Source of the DNA: the human T2T-CHM13v2.0 reference genome, Homo sapiens
Reading direction: 5' to 3' (one strand)
Assembly: GCF_009914755.1 (NCBI RefSeq)
Contig: NC_060942.1
Length of the DNA stretch: 64,000 nt
Shown: one piece after another, positions 39,518 through 53,900 of the stretch
Layout: the number at the start of each line of letters is the position of its first letter
Numbering within the stretch: the first letter of the stretch is position 1
Made by a program: the position numbers and the translations under genes
Notes under the pieces: generated by a model
The model's input: the letters and a program-made list of their open reading frames with translations, nothing else
Told to the model about the DNA's origin: nothing
Database searches by the model: none

Positions 39518-40005
39518 ATGTTGGTTTTCTATGGCTGCTATAACACGTTACCAAAAGCTTCGTGGCTTAAAACAACACAAACGTATTATCCTGCAGTTCT
39601 TGAGGCTAGGAGTCCGACATGGGCTAAAAGTAAGAGGGCTCTGTTCCTCTCAGTAGGTTCAAGGGGAAAACCTGTCCTTTCCCTTTCCAGCTTCTGGAGG
39701 TTGCCTGCATGCTTTGACTCATGACCTCCTTCATCTGTCTTCAAAGCCAGCAAGAGCGGGTTGAGGTCTCATATTGTATCACTCTGATCTCCTCTTCTGC
39801 CTCTCTCTTCTACTTTAAGGACCCTTGTAAGTATAATGGCCCCAGCTGGATGATACAAGATAATCTCCCCTTTGTAATGCCAGCTGATGAGTAACCTCAC
39901 TTTCACCTGCAACAAATGTAATCCCTTTGCTATGTAACCTAACATATTCATATTCATAGGTTACGATGTGGACGTCTTTGAGGGGTCATTATTCTGCCCC
40001 CCACA
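39518..40005 (-). mobile_element. MLT1D-like LTR
   Basis: Antisense MLT1 motifs (tggcttaaaacaacac, cttttccagcttctggagg-like). Confidence 0.75.
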
Positions 40006-42387
40006 TTGCCTGCTTTAATATAAGTAAACACACTTGGTGGATGTCAGCTTTGATGTCAATACTACTGCTACTAATAAGAATAACAAGGAATTATTATCAT
40101 AAAAACTCCAAGAAGCAGTTATTATTTCCATCACCTTCCTTTGCAAGGAAAATTGAGGTCCCAGAAGATTGAGTATTTTGTCCCAAGTCACAAGACTGTT
40201 GCTATGAGGTGTCCCAGAGCAGGGTTGGGGCAACAGGACTAGATGTCTAAAACAGTCATCTTTCCAGCCAGAGGAGCTACCTGTGTAAAGGTAGCCCCTT
40301 CTGTACCAGAAAAGGCCCAGTCCTTGGAGCAACAGGCCTGGTTCAAATCCTCATCTCCCTGCTCACTGCACCGTGGTCTGGGCAAATTATTTGAACTTGC
40401 CTTGCTCCAGTTTCCTCCTCCTCCTCTGTTCAGGAGAGGACATGCCAGGGCCTAGGAAACTGTATGTGGAGAAGACACAGGCAGGGACATGTCCCATGTC
40501 TGCGCCAGTGTCCTGGCTCCTTGGCTATCAGGTCCATACCTGCCTTACCCTGCCCAGCCTTGCCCTGCCCTGCCCTGGAGGGAGAATGTGCCCTAAACTC
40601 CAGGACCCTGTGTCAGCAGGGCTGGTGGACTGGGTAGCCCCTGACCCAAAGCATCTGTGAAGTATGCAGCAGACTCCATAAGGTGAGAAGGGCCAGCACA
40701 GGGCTCCCTCACCATCTGCACCAGAGTATAACATCCCTCCCTTGGGAGTCCAGGCCCCCAAAGTCTCAGCCCTAGCTCCAGCTCCAATAGGGAAAAATGG
40801 GCTGAGAAATGCACTGGGAGATCCCCAGCCTGGCTCTCCTGGGGAAACCAAAAAGGCTGCAAGTCACAGGGTGCCTCTCAGAAGTCCAGTCTGCCGCTGT
40901 GGAGGCACAGGGATCTGCATGTGCTTCTGCTGTTGCTAACGATCCTTACAATAACTCATAAAGAACCTGGGGTTCTCCCAGCCTCCGTACATGAGTCTCC
41001 CCCGGGCCTCCCCAGCCCTAATGCGGGATGGAGATGACAGATTCGCAGAGGGACTTGGCCAAGGTCACACAGCTCACATGTGGAGGCAGAGCTAGAATCT
41101 GAGCCTCGGGGGTTATAAACAACATTTTGCTAAAACTTAGGCTTTGGGAGAACGGAGTGGGGCCCTGCAAAACTGTGCCCACAGGTTGTTATGGCTGGTG
41201 GGTGGGCCAGCCCTTCCCTCTGTGGTAAACAGGGAAGGCCCATGGGGTGGAGGCGGGGGTGGGGGTGGGGGTGCAGTGCTTGGGTAGGTTTGAGGTGGAG
41301 AATGAAGCAGGAAATAAATGAGGGGAGGGAGCAGGGGACAGGAAAAGGATGGAGGACAAGGTGGGGTGACCATCCACGGCCCCCCAGTCCCCAGGCCCAG
41401 CTCAAGCCTGGGGTAAAGAATGAGCCTCGGCCTTTGGGGGGCCTCACTTGTATCAGTAGAGGGGATCAGAGGCCCCATCTGGCCAGGCACTGCCCACAAC
41501 GTGCTATGACACCTTCTGTCAATCACCTGCCGCCCAGGCTTCAGTCTGCTCCTCAGTTAAATAAAGGATGTGGCCATAAAAGATCTCGAAGGCAGTCCCC
41601 TGCCCTGACAGGCAGAGGGCTCTGGGTGGCCTCTGTCAGATGGCAGGTTGGGGACTTCCTCATTCATTTGTTCAGCAAATATTTACCAAGCACCTACTGT
41701 GTGCCAGGCAGCAGGGTGCAGCTGGGCTTTCTATCTCTGCTTATACCGAGGAGACTCCAGGTGCAGGGGTGTGTGCAGCATGTTAGGCTGTGACTTCCTC
41801 AGAGTCTGACATGCACAGAGGTGAAACAAGCCAGTGCTCACACCGACCACACATTTTAAAAGCCAGCCCAGCACTGAGGCTTACCACCACCCCCAGTGGG
41901 GGAAGTGCCAGCCTAGGCAGGGCTCCTGTGGCTGGGGGCAGCCTGGCTTTGCCCACCCAGCCCCAGCAGTCAGCAGGACATGGGCAGATCCAGGAAGACC
42001 TGCAGGATGATGGAATCCACAGATTCAGATGGCCAAAACCAAGCTGACCACAGATAACAGAATGGATGGGCCAGGAAGATGCATTTGACCCTGTTGGGGC
42101 TCAGAAAACAATACCCTGAAGCATGGGGCTTTGGCATGCTGAGAACTTTGAAATGAAGGAAACTGGAAGGTCACAGACGCAAGTTCTTTCTGATCTTCTC
42201 CTGCCCTCCCATCTCCTTTTCCTCTTTCTTCCCTGAAGCAAGTCATAGGAACCATAATTCAGCTTCCCCAGGATGCATCCTAGAAACTACAATCCCTCTC
42301 CCCCAAAGCAAGCCATAAAACCTAGAAAGGTCATTCTCTCCCTTCTCCTGTCTCCCTCATTCCAAAATAGTCCTGCCCTATACCTAG

Positions 42388-42997
42388 GAGCCAAAATGAG
42401 TGATTGAAGCATAAGTCTCAGATCACTGAAGTTTATGGAGCCAGCTTGGGGGATGCACCTGGGAAAAACACGAGTCACAGATGCATCTGTGGCTCTTTCT
42501 TCCAAAGACGTTCTCAGGAGGTTTTGTATTTATACATTTTCCTTAAAAAGTATGGGGCGGATGGCAGTGAGCTGAATGATTACATACTTGTGTATGTGCC
42601 CAGTAAATCTACATTTTATGTAAGATAAAGTGAATATTGGAAGAAAATGGGAATAGAGGAAGCATATGTCTCAGGGAGGGGTGAAGGGATGATCAATCTC
42701 ATTTTATCTTTGTTCTGTACCTGGGAAGATAAGCAAGTAATCAACATTATCAATGTGGAGGCTTTTGAAAGGGCTGGTTTCTGTTTACTCCTTAGAAAAG
42801 AAAGCTTAATGATAGTTAGCAAGGAAGGGGATAAAAATTTGAGGCGAGTCTGACCTCCCATCCCATAATAAGGCATGTCTGACTTCCCATCCTGTCATCG
42901 TCATGAAATCAGCTTTCAAGGATTCTTTCGAGTCCCGTTGGCCAAGAGAGGGCCCGTTCAGTCATTTGGGGGCTTAGAATTTTATTTTTATTTCTCA
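42388..42997 (-). mobile_element. MER49-like (MER4 group) LTR
   Basis: Minus-strand start tgagaaataaaaataaaattctaagcccc. Confidence 0.65.
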
Positions 42998-43068
42998 TAA
43001 AAAGGCTGCACAGAGAGGCTAAGAATCTGAACACACAGGCCTACGGGGTTCCCCATTCTGCCTATTAT

Positions 43069-43404
43069 TGTTACCAGAAAGGGGTCCCAATCCAGACCCC
43101 AAAAGAAGGTCCTTGGATCTCAGGCAAGAAAGAGTTTGGGGCAAATCCCTAAAGTGAAAGCAAGTTTTTTAGAGAAGTAAAAAAGCAAAAGAATGGCTAC
43201 TCCATAGGCAGAGCAGCGGCACAGGCTGCTTGACTGAATATTTTTATATTTATTTCTTGATTATATGCTAAACAAGGGGTGGGTTATTCTCATCCTGTGA
43301 TTAAGAATGCCTGACCTTCTGGGAATGCGGCCCAGCAGGTCTCACCCTTATTTTACCTGGCCCCTATTCAAGATGGAGTCACTCTGGTTGCAACACCTCT
43401 GACA
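43069..43404 (-). mobile_element. MER41(B)-like LTR with an internal deletion
   Basis: Minus-strand start tgtcagaggtgttgcaaccagagtgactccatcttgaat; both ends present but only 336 bp; TSD ttat/ttac. Confidence 0.8.
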
Positions 43405-43616
43405 TTACCATTAGATCATACCCTTTGTCCAACCACATTTCATACAATTGTCCATTCTTCCTCAAATCTAAGCATACAGACAGACGGTTTGCACTGGGTG
43501 TTTGCGTCTTCATTTCCGAAAGCTTCCATGTCACATAAGAATTTGATTACATAGATTTGTTGTTTTTTTCTTGTTAACCTGTCTTTTGCTATAGGAGGGT
43601 TGGCAGTGACGCGTAT

Positions 43617-44277
43617 TGTTAGTGGTGGAAGGTATCTGAGTTACTGGCAGTGAATCCACACACGTCTGCAGCAACTTCAATTCTTGCCTCCGCAGAAGAA
43701 AGAATTTGACTGACGGGCATAAGGCAGAAAGACAGAGGCGAGTTTCAGAGCAGGAGTGGAAGTTTATTAAATAGCTTTACAGCAGAAAAGAGGGTATGCT
43801 TGGGAGAGTCCCAAGCTGGCGACTTGAAGAACAATTGTGGTGTTTAACCTTGCTCCTAGGACTTTATAGGCTGGCCCCTTTCCCATGATTCTTCCCTTAG
43901 GGTGGGTTGCCTGCATGTGCAGTGTCCCCCTTATGCTTGGGAGGTGAGCACGCACAGTGTGTTTGGGAAGTTGTACACATGCCTATCTGAGGCTTTCTTC
44001 CCTTTTCTGGTGAAGTGCCCCTGGAAGGTCATACTCTGCCATTTTGTCTCTTAATGCACATGCCCAGGAAGTTGCTTCTCCCCAGCATCTGCATTCAATG
44101 AACATTTGAGTGCAACAGGTGTGGACCATCAGGAAATGGCCCCTCCCTGGCACCAGCCGCCAATTTATCACTTTTAGAGAGGCAATGTGATAATTGCTTA
44201 ATTATCACCTGACATTCCTAGTGGGTGGGGGAAGAGCCCTCTCCTGCCCCACTCATGCCTGTCTACCTACTGTAACA
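43617..44277 (-). mobile_element. MER51-like LTR
   Basis: TG...CA ends and the motif ctgcagcaacttcaattcttgcctcc.cagaagaaagaatttgactga. Confidence 0.75.
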
Positions 44278-44339
44278 TTATGATGGGGTCACATAAGGTT
44301 TCTGCCCCTACAATCCCAGCAGAAATAAAGACAAAGGGG

Positions 44340-45216
<877 letters not shown>

Positions 45217-45428
45217 AAATCTCAGTTCATGGGCCTAGGAGTTTCCCTCAGAGGGGGCCCAAGACAACAAACGGTCTGGCCATGAAAAATCTAAAAGACC
45301 CCGGCCTTCTGGCAGCATGCGAGGGCTGGTTTAGCCCTACCTAAGACAGGGCATTGCTAGGGCCACCCTGGCCTCTGGGTCCGGAGCTGTGGAAGGAGGG
45401 TGGTGGTGGTGAAGGCTGCTGGTGGAAT

Positions 45429-46060
45429 TGTAACCATCCAATGGGTTCTTCCTGCCCACTGCACAGAAAAAACCCATTCACTGAGACCACAGCATTGCAA
45501 TAAAGAAAGAGTTTAATAGACACGAGGTTGTCCACACCACATGGGACATAGAGTTATTAATCAAATAGATCTCCTTGAAAACTCCAAGGCTAGGGTTTTT
45601 AAAAAATAGTTTGGTGGCCCAGGAAGACCATTTCTGGATAGGGCCACAGGACCAGCTTGGTGGGAGTCAGTGGGGGTCAGAGATGCAAAAACCTGAAAAG
45701 ACATATCAAAAAGCCAATCTTACGTTCTACAATAGTGATGTTATCTGCGGGAGTAATTGTGGGAGTTGCAAATCTTGTGACCTCCGGAATAATGGCTGCA
45801 ATGGCTAATGTCTACACCTTAGAAGAATTCAGGATCCTCACATCCTCCTAATCTGGTGGCCTTTCATTAGCTTTAGGTTTAGTTTTGGGGAAGGGCTATT
45901 ATCATTTAAACTATAAATGTCTCCCAAAGTTAGCTTGGCCTATGCCTAGAAATGACTCAGGGCTCTTTGAAGGTTAAAGGCAAGATAGAAGTTGGTTAGA
46001 TCACATCTCCTTCACTGTCATAGTTTTCTCACTGTTAAAATTTTTGCAAAGGCAATTTCA
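45429..46060 (-). mobile_element. LTR8-like solo LTR
   Basis: Minus-strand start tgaaattgcctttgcaaaa; TSD gaat/ggat. Confidence 0.75.
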
Positions 46061-46764
46061 GGATTAGAGTCCCCCAGCGACACCTCTCTGTCACTTGCAG
46101 AGGGTCCCAGGTCCTGCAGAGTCACGAAAACCAGTCTGTGACATGACATGTCCCTTTGCTCAAGGGAGGGCTGCTTGGAGCTGCACACTTGCTGAGTTAA
46201 AGAGCAAGGGTGTCCAGGGAAAGTGATGAGGCTGCAGCCCCAGCTCACCTACCCTTCCTGGGCTTCATGTCCACCTCAGAAAGGCCCAGCCTTAAGTTCA
46301 TCAGCAACAGTTGCATGGCTTGAAAGCACACAGCCTGGGCCAACTTGCACACTGGGCATTGGGGAAGGGACATTGGCTCTGTGATCCCAATTCTCCCATC
46401 TCCAGCCCCTCCATTGGCTGCAGAACAGAGTTTCTTTCAGCATCTGGGAGACACTCTGTGGGTCCCGGGGGTTAGACACCCCATTAACCCAGGACAATGT
46501 CCTGTCACAGCAGAGCCCTTGCCACCCTCAAGAACACCCTCAGATGACACAGAGTCCTCAAAGCCTGAGCCATGGGCTTGTTAGACATCATGTTCTTGGG
46601 CTCCACCCCAGACTCAATGCATCAGAAACTCTGGGGTTACTTAAGTTTGTGTTAAAGGATACTTTTCAACAAAGAGTAAAATTATGATTCTAAGGCAGTT
46701 ATAAAATCAATATTGTTAAAGACTTTATTCAACTCATTATTAGTGAGGAAAGTGAGGATAGCAA

Positions 46765-47216
46765 AGTCACCTGGTGTCCATCAAGCAGACCATCTGGAGG
46801 CAAAACTCTTTATTTAAGGAACTCAGAAGTAATTAGACTTTCCTATTTTCTAAAGCCATAATCTGACACCAGGCTTCTTTCTAAAACATGTATAAGTAAC
46901 TAGGATTTCTAATGCATCTCCAGAATGCATGTATGTTGAAACTCATTGTGCAACACTTGCCGACATCAAGGCACCAAATTACCTACATGGCTAATATGGT
47001 CCAAATTACCCTTAAGCTCCCACTTTAAGGTCCATAAATACCCCTAAGGAAAATCCACCTTGGCACGCTCAGTCTTGTCTAGCTGAAGCGCCCTGCTATA
47101 CTCTGCTGCAGTGTTCTTTCTGTTTAATAAAACTTTCCTCTTCAAACCTATTCTGCTGTCGGTACATTCTTTTCCCATATGTGAGCCAATCACTCTCCAC
47201 TGCCAGGGCTCTGACA
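46765..47216 (+). mobile_element. ERV1 LTR (LTR9-like), nested in an older LTR-like element (~46640-47520)
   Basis: TATA-like cataaata, AATAAA at ~47127, CA end. Confidence 0.5.
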
Positions 47217-48699
47217 ACTTGCCTGGCAGAAACCTATAGGATGTTTCAACATGTTCAAGGGAGAATCCAAAGAATAGACACATTTATATATCAGGAATAT
47301 TAAAATGAACTTACAAGTGGATCCCAAACTGGTTTCTCCACATTGGCAGGGTCATCCCTTCACCAGAGAGAATTTATTTGCATGTCCATAGGCAAGACTT
47401 ATTTTGTTTGCTGTCAGTCATTTACAACTTATAGATTTGTAAAACAGCACACAGTGAGATACCCCTACAGGGTGTGATCTAAACAATTCATAGTTTTCCA
47501 TTAAATCACACATTTTCCCCTCAAGAATCTCCAGCTGAAATGATCCAACAGGATTTGGTCAGTCTGTGGCCTGGCCAGCTGGGGGCCACACCCTGACGGA
47601 GGCCCATAGCTCCTGATGAGTGGGAGAGGATGGGGGACGCTTGGAAAGAACCTAGGGTTCCCACAGTGAGGATCAGCATGGCTTTGTATAGCCCATCTCT
47701 GAATGCCTCAGAACCCACTAGGAATAAGCAATTTACTGTTATTGAAGTCTGTGAAATAATTCATTCCTAAATAAATTTGCTAGGGAATTGTGGGCTGTAA
47801 TTACTGACAGACATTGCCAGACATTGAAGGTCTATCAGGCAAAAACCAAACAGAACCGACTAGACTTGTAGGCAGATGCAAGACAGGTGAAGAGGCAGGA
47901 GGAGGCTGTGTGGGACACAGCCGGGTGGTTTGCACGCTGTGTCCTCATCCTGCATTATCTTCTTCCAAGGCCCTGGCATAAACGAGCTCCAGGTGTGGAA
48001 GACAGAGGATGATGAAGGAGCTGGCTGAGGTGGCCCCTGAATTCAGATCCCCCTCCCCAAGGTGGTTCCTGAGGGGCATGGGGCCTGCTGGAGTTCAGCG
48101 GGGCTTCAAAGCAGACAGACCTGGAGTCCCTGTCCTGGCCCTGCCATATCCCCAAGTCAGTGACCCCAGAGTGAGCCTTGCACCCCCTAGGCCCTCATCA
48201 CATGTGCTAATAGCGTTGGAAATAGTAACTTGAAGCCCCAGCTCTGTCCTGGCTCAAGAGGCACTCAGTTCCCTTCCTCCCACCAGTGTGATGGTACCTC
48301 TGAGTTGCCAGAGGAAGACTGGGCAGCCTGGCTCGCTGCAGCCTGCAGGAGGTGGGCAAATGTCAGAAGGTCCTGTTTTGGGGCTCCCCAATATCCAGGA
48401 TCTCAAAAAAGTCTGGGTGGTGTTTGCTTCACTCTTGAGTGTAGCCTCACCCCTCAGGCCCTGGTTACAGCATGGCCGGCAACTCCTTTGCCTACTATAG
48501 TGGATTCTGACCCAGTCTTTCTGCCACCCGCCCCTTCTCCCTCCACTCCACACACAACCCCTGTCAGCTAGACCAGGAACACTGGGATGTAGGGTCTGTG
48601 CAGGCAACAAGCTAACAACATGGGGAAAGGTCACATACTTCGTCCTTGGGAATGTTGGCACCTAATGCCCTGGTGGGCAGAGAGCACATTCTTCCTGCA

Positions 48700-49310
48700 A
48701 GTTTGCTGATCAAATGCCCTTAGCAATAAACAAGAAATATGCTCACAGGCTGGCAGGGAAAATGGATGTGAAACAAATCATTGCAAATGACTAAGTAAAC
48801 AATTGACAACATGATAAGGACCACGAAGGAAAAATCTAGTATTCTATGGGAGCCACGGTCTGAGCTGAGCAGGTGGTGAGAGGTCAGGTAGGCTTCCCTG
48901 AGGAAAGAGACTTACACTGAAACCTGAAGGATGAGAAAGAGTTGGCTGGGGGAAGAGCAGAACAAAGAGTTCCAGGTGGAGGGACAACGTGTAGGCCCCG
49001 TAGTACAGCTCTGCCATAGCTACTTCTCAGCTTGGATCCTCTCCGTGACTCCCGGGGACGCTGTCCAGCAAAGCCCACTCTCCTTTCCTGAGGCCCCATG
49101 CTAAGGCCAAGCCCTTCTGTCAGATTTCTCACCTGCTGCTCTCCTTGCGCACTCAGGACCCAGCCAGATGAACTATTCTTGCCCCCAGAGCCTGTCCTAT
49201 GTTCTCAGCTTTGTGCTTTGCCTAGTGCTGCTGTTCTCCTGGAAATGCCCTTTTGCCTCCTCTCCACCTGCTAAAATCCTCCCCTTGGTTCCAGTTCTGG
49301 ATGAGATGGA
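48700..49310. mobile_element. L2 fragments
   Basis: L2 motifs ggcttccctgaggaaagagac and ctgaaacctgaaggatgag. Confidence 0.6.
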
Positions 49311-50165
49311 ACAAGCATATCCTGACCTGTCTATCCCACCGAAGGCAGCTGTAACCCTGGGCGGCACGCATGGAGCAGCCATCTGAAGACTCGGAAAAGT
49401 AAATAGCAGCAGATGCATTTGGAAGAAAACCAAAGCCTGAAGTATCTCAGCACCAGCAGTGAGTTTACCACTCTTGTTCCTCTGAGATTCCCCTGCCTGG
49501 GCTCAAGGCACCCCAAAACGTGGATGTGGATTCGGGTAGGGATCTATCAAGCAGTTTGATTCCAGTCAGTCTCGTCAGAGAATCCTTACCAAGGGCATCC
49601 ACATCTGTGACACCAGCTGCCCATCAGCGGCCTCGATTTGTTTCCAGTTTGCTGCTCCAAAGAGGGATGTCTGTAACCTTCCAGTCTAGAGTCTTCCCAG
49701 CAGCAGAGCAGACGGCCAGGCCATTGGTGCCAGGTAAGAGTTAGTTAACATGTAGCAAATTTCTTTGCGGGAAGCACTGGCGAGGGCATTAGGACTGCAG
49801 TGAGTTCTGCCCACTGAGCAGAGTGATCATGTTCACTTATTGTTTTATGGAGATGGTGCTGAGGCTGAACACCTACAGCAGCTTTGCTTTAGGGGGCATG
49901 GTTGGTGATAATGTTTCCGCTAAAGGGATTGCTGCCAAGATGCTGCTAAGGAGAGGCCAACTGGCTCTTGAATACTCCATTTCCTTTTAAACGGAGAGAT
50001 CTCTTAGGCTCTTCTCACTTTTTTAGTCATTGAGTGAGTTGATACACCCCAAAATGGGGATGGCAGGCCAAAGAGTCACAAAGCATCCTCGCGTCAGGCA
50101 TTCAGTTCCAGCAAGAGCTTGGTCACAGCTGCCTTGGAACAAAAAAAAAGTTTATTTGGCTTCTC

Positions 50166-50184
50166 TTCCAGCAGGTGGCGCTGT
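50166..50184 (+). promoter_or_regulatory. CTCF consensus motif
   Basis: CCAGCAGGTGGCGCTG in unique sequence. Confidence 0.7.
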
Positions 50185-50681
50185 TATACTAGGAACTGCC
50201 TCTGAGTAGTCCTGCAGCCATTAAATCTTTAATTAAATTGATTTCTCTTTCTCTTGCTGTGATTCTTTGTCTCTGCTGGGCCACCAGGTATTGTTTAGGT
50301 AGGTAAGAGGGGAAGAAAAAATGATACCAGAAGGAAATGTGGAACATTAGAAATGAACAAGAACAGAAATGGCAAATATCTGGATAAGTATAATAGGTTA
50401 TTCTTCTCTTGTTGAGTTCTTTAAAATATGTAAGACAATTAAAAGCAAAAATTTTTAACACCATTTTAAAAAGTTTCAAAGTATGTAGCTGTAATACATG
50501 AGACAATTACAACAAAAAGAGGAGGAAGGTAAGGAGATCCATATGGTGGTAAGATTCTGATATTCCACTTGAAATGGTGAAATATCGATTCTAAATAGAC
50601 TACAAAAAGTCAAATATGTATATTGTAATCCTTAGAACACTGAAAAATTACACCAAGAGTTAATGCCAAAAACCCACTAGA

Positions 50682-51017
<336 letters not shown>

Positions 51018-51427
51018 CTAGAATACTAAAAAAGAAGTTTAAGTAAACCAAACAAAGGAAAAAAAAAAAGGTGAACTAAAAATACAGAAAAAAGTAGAAA
51101 ATAAATAATAATTAGAAGACCTGAATCCAAACATATCAATAATTACATTACATGTAAATGACATAAACACACCAATTAAAAGATAGAGATTGACAGAATG
51201 AATTTTATAAAAATGACTCAAGTACATGCTCTCTATAAGAAACTCTCCTCAAATATTATAGTATAGGTAGGTTAAAAAGAAAAACTATGGAAAAAAAAAA
51301 AAAAACTGCACATTGAAGACCCCAACTGAAACAAAACTACTATGTTAATATCAAAGTAGACTTCAGAACAAAGAAAACTACCAGGGTTAAAAAGGGATAT
51401 TACATATTGGTAGAAAAGTTAATTCAC

Positions 51428-53089
51428 TGGTACTGGCATAACAACAGACACATAGAACAATAGAACATAATAGAGAACCCAAATATAAATCCACACATTT
51501 ATAACCAACTCATCTTTGACAAAAGATCCCAGAATATGCAATAGGGAAAGGACAGTCTTTTCAATAAATGGTGCTGAGAAAACTGAACAACTAAATGCAG
51601 AAGAATGAAACCAGATCCCTATCTCTCACTATACACAAAAATCAAATCAAAAAGGATTAAAGATTTAAAAGGACTAAAACCTGAAACTATGAAACTACTA
51701 GAAGAAAACATTGAGGAAAAGCTCCAGGCAATCAAAGCAAAAATAGACAACGGAGATTACATCAAGTTAAAAAGCTTCTGCACAGCAAATGAAACAAGGT
51801 GAACAGGCAACCTACAAAATGGGAAAAAAATATTTGCAAACTGTCCCTCTGCCAAGAGAGTAATAACCAGAATATATAAAGAGTTCAAACAACTCAATAG
51901 CATAAAACAAATAATCTGATTTTAAAATGGGTGTCTGGGCACTGTGGCTTACACCTATAATCCTAGCATTTTGGGAGGCCAAGGCGAGAGGATAGCTTGA
52001 GCCCAGGAGTTTAAGATCAGCCTAGGCAACATAGTAAGACCCTACCTCTTGAAAAAAAAAAAAAAAAAAGTAGCTGGGTGCAGTGGCATCATGCACCTGT
52101 ATTCCCAGCTCCTTGGGAAGCTGTAGTGGATCATTTGAGCCCAGAAGGTTGAGGCTGCAGTGAGTAGTGATGATGCCACTGCACTCCAGCCTGGGTGAAA
52201 AAAGAACAAGACCCTGTGTCAGTTAAAAAAATATTTTAAAAGAGTAAAAAGTATTAAAAATTTAAAAATAAATAAAAATCGGCAAAAGATCTGAACTGAC
52301 ATTTCTCAAAAGAAGATATACAAATGGCCAACAAGTATATGAAAAAATGTTCAACATCACTAATTATCAGGAAAGTGCAAATCAAAACCACAACGAGGTA
52401 TTATCTCACCTTGTTTAAAATAGCTTGTACCAAAAAGGCAGGCAATAACAGATGTTGACAAGGATGTGGAGAAAGGGGAACCCTTGTACACTGTTGGTGG
52501 GAATGTAAATTAGCACAGCCACTATGGAGATCAGTATAGAGTTTCCTCAAAAAACCAAAAATAGAACTATCACATGATTCAGCAATTCCACTATAGGGTA
52601 TATATCCAAAAGAAAGGAGGTCAATGTATCAAAGAGATGTCTGCCTTCTAATGTTTATTGCAGCACTATTTACAAAATCCAGAATACAGAATCAACCTAA
52701 GTGCCCACTAATGGATGAATGGATAAAGAATATGTACCTATACACAATGGAATATTATTCATCCATAAAAAGAGTGAAATCTTGCCATTTGCAACAACAT
52801 GGATGGAACTGGAGGCCATTATGTTAAGTGAAATAAGCAAAGCATAGAAAGACAAACACTGCATGTCCTCACTTGTGGGAGCCAAAGAAGAGATCTCATG
52901 GAGATGAAGAGTAGATAGGTGGTTACCAGAGGCTGGGGAGGGGGGAGGGGGGAGGGGAGAGGGGAAGGGGGAATGAAGGGGAAAAATAATGTAAATTATT
53001 TATCACCACAGAATTTTACACTTAAAATGGTAAAGATGGTGAATTATACATGTATATTTTACCTCAATACACTTTTTTTAAAAAAAAAA
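51428..53089 (+). mobile_element. 5'-truncated L1PB/L1MA-like element containing an AluJ (~51933-52230)
   Basis: ORF2 end and G-rich 3'UTR. TSD-like agaaaagttaattca / agaaaaatcaattca. Confidence 0.78.
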
Positions 53090-53900
53090 GAAAAATCAAT
53101 TCATCACCAGGAAAGCACAACAATTCTAAATGTATGAGCACTTGAGAATAGAGCTTCAAAATGCAGAAAACAAAAATTGTCAGAATATAAAAGGAGTAGA
53201 CATGCTGACAATAATACTTGGAGATTGCAACACTCCTTTCTATGTAATATATAGAAATAGTGGCAAGGATAGAATGGAACACTATCAACTAACTTGAATT
53301 AAGTCATATTTACAGAACACTACACACTACAACAGCAGACTACACATTCTTTTCAAATGCACATGGAACATTTACAAAGATAGGCCATATTGTGAATAAC
53401 ATATCCAACCTTAAATTTAAAAGCACTGAAATCATACAAAGTATGTTTTCTGACTATAATGGAATTAAACTAGAAATCAATAAGAGAAGGATAACAGGAA
53501 AATTTCTAAACAATAAGAAAGCAAACCACACACTTAAAAAAGGGAAATCAGAAAATATATTGAAATGAAAGAAAATAACTATGTAACATATCAAAACTTG
53601 TGGGATGTAGCTAAAGTGGGAAGGGAATTTGCTGCATTAAATGATTGTATTACAAAACAAGAAATGTATCAAAACAACAATTTAAGCTTCTGCCATAAGA
53701 GACTAGGGAGGAAAAGAGCAAAATAAACCCAAAGTGAACAGGAGGAAGGAAATAATAAACAACAGTGTATTAAGGAAATTGAAGGGGGGGAGGAGCCAAG
53801 ATGGCCGAATAGGAACAGCTCCGGTCTACAGCTCCCAGCGTGAGCAACGCAGAAGATGGGTGATTTCTGCATTTCCATCTGAGGTACCGGGTTCATCTCA

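Larger units (their letters stand above)
42092..44312 (+). mobile_element. MER39-like LTR split by three nested LTRs
   Basis: Starts tgttggggctcagaaaac, ends ttctgcccctaca, TSD-like accc/atcc. Confidence 0.65.

Noticed and set aside
41191-41793. 200-aa ORF
   Set aside because: Low-complexity, G-rich composition, runs through an L2 relic, no domain or exon structure.
42848-42895. Short direct repeat gtctgac(c/t)tcccatcc
   Set aside because: It lies inside the MER49-like LTR and may be part of the family consensus.
49731-49739. Strong splice donor CAG|GTAAGA in unique DNA
   Set aside because: No supported acceptor or transcript; such motifs occur by chance.
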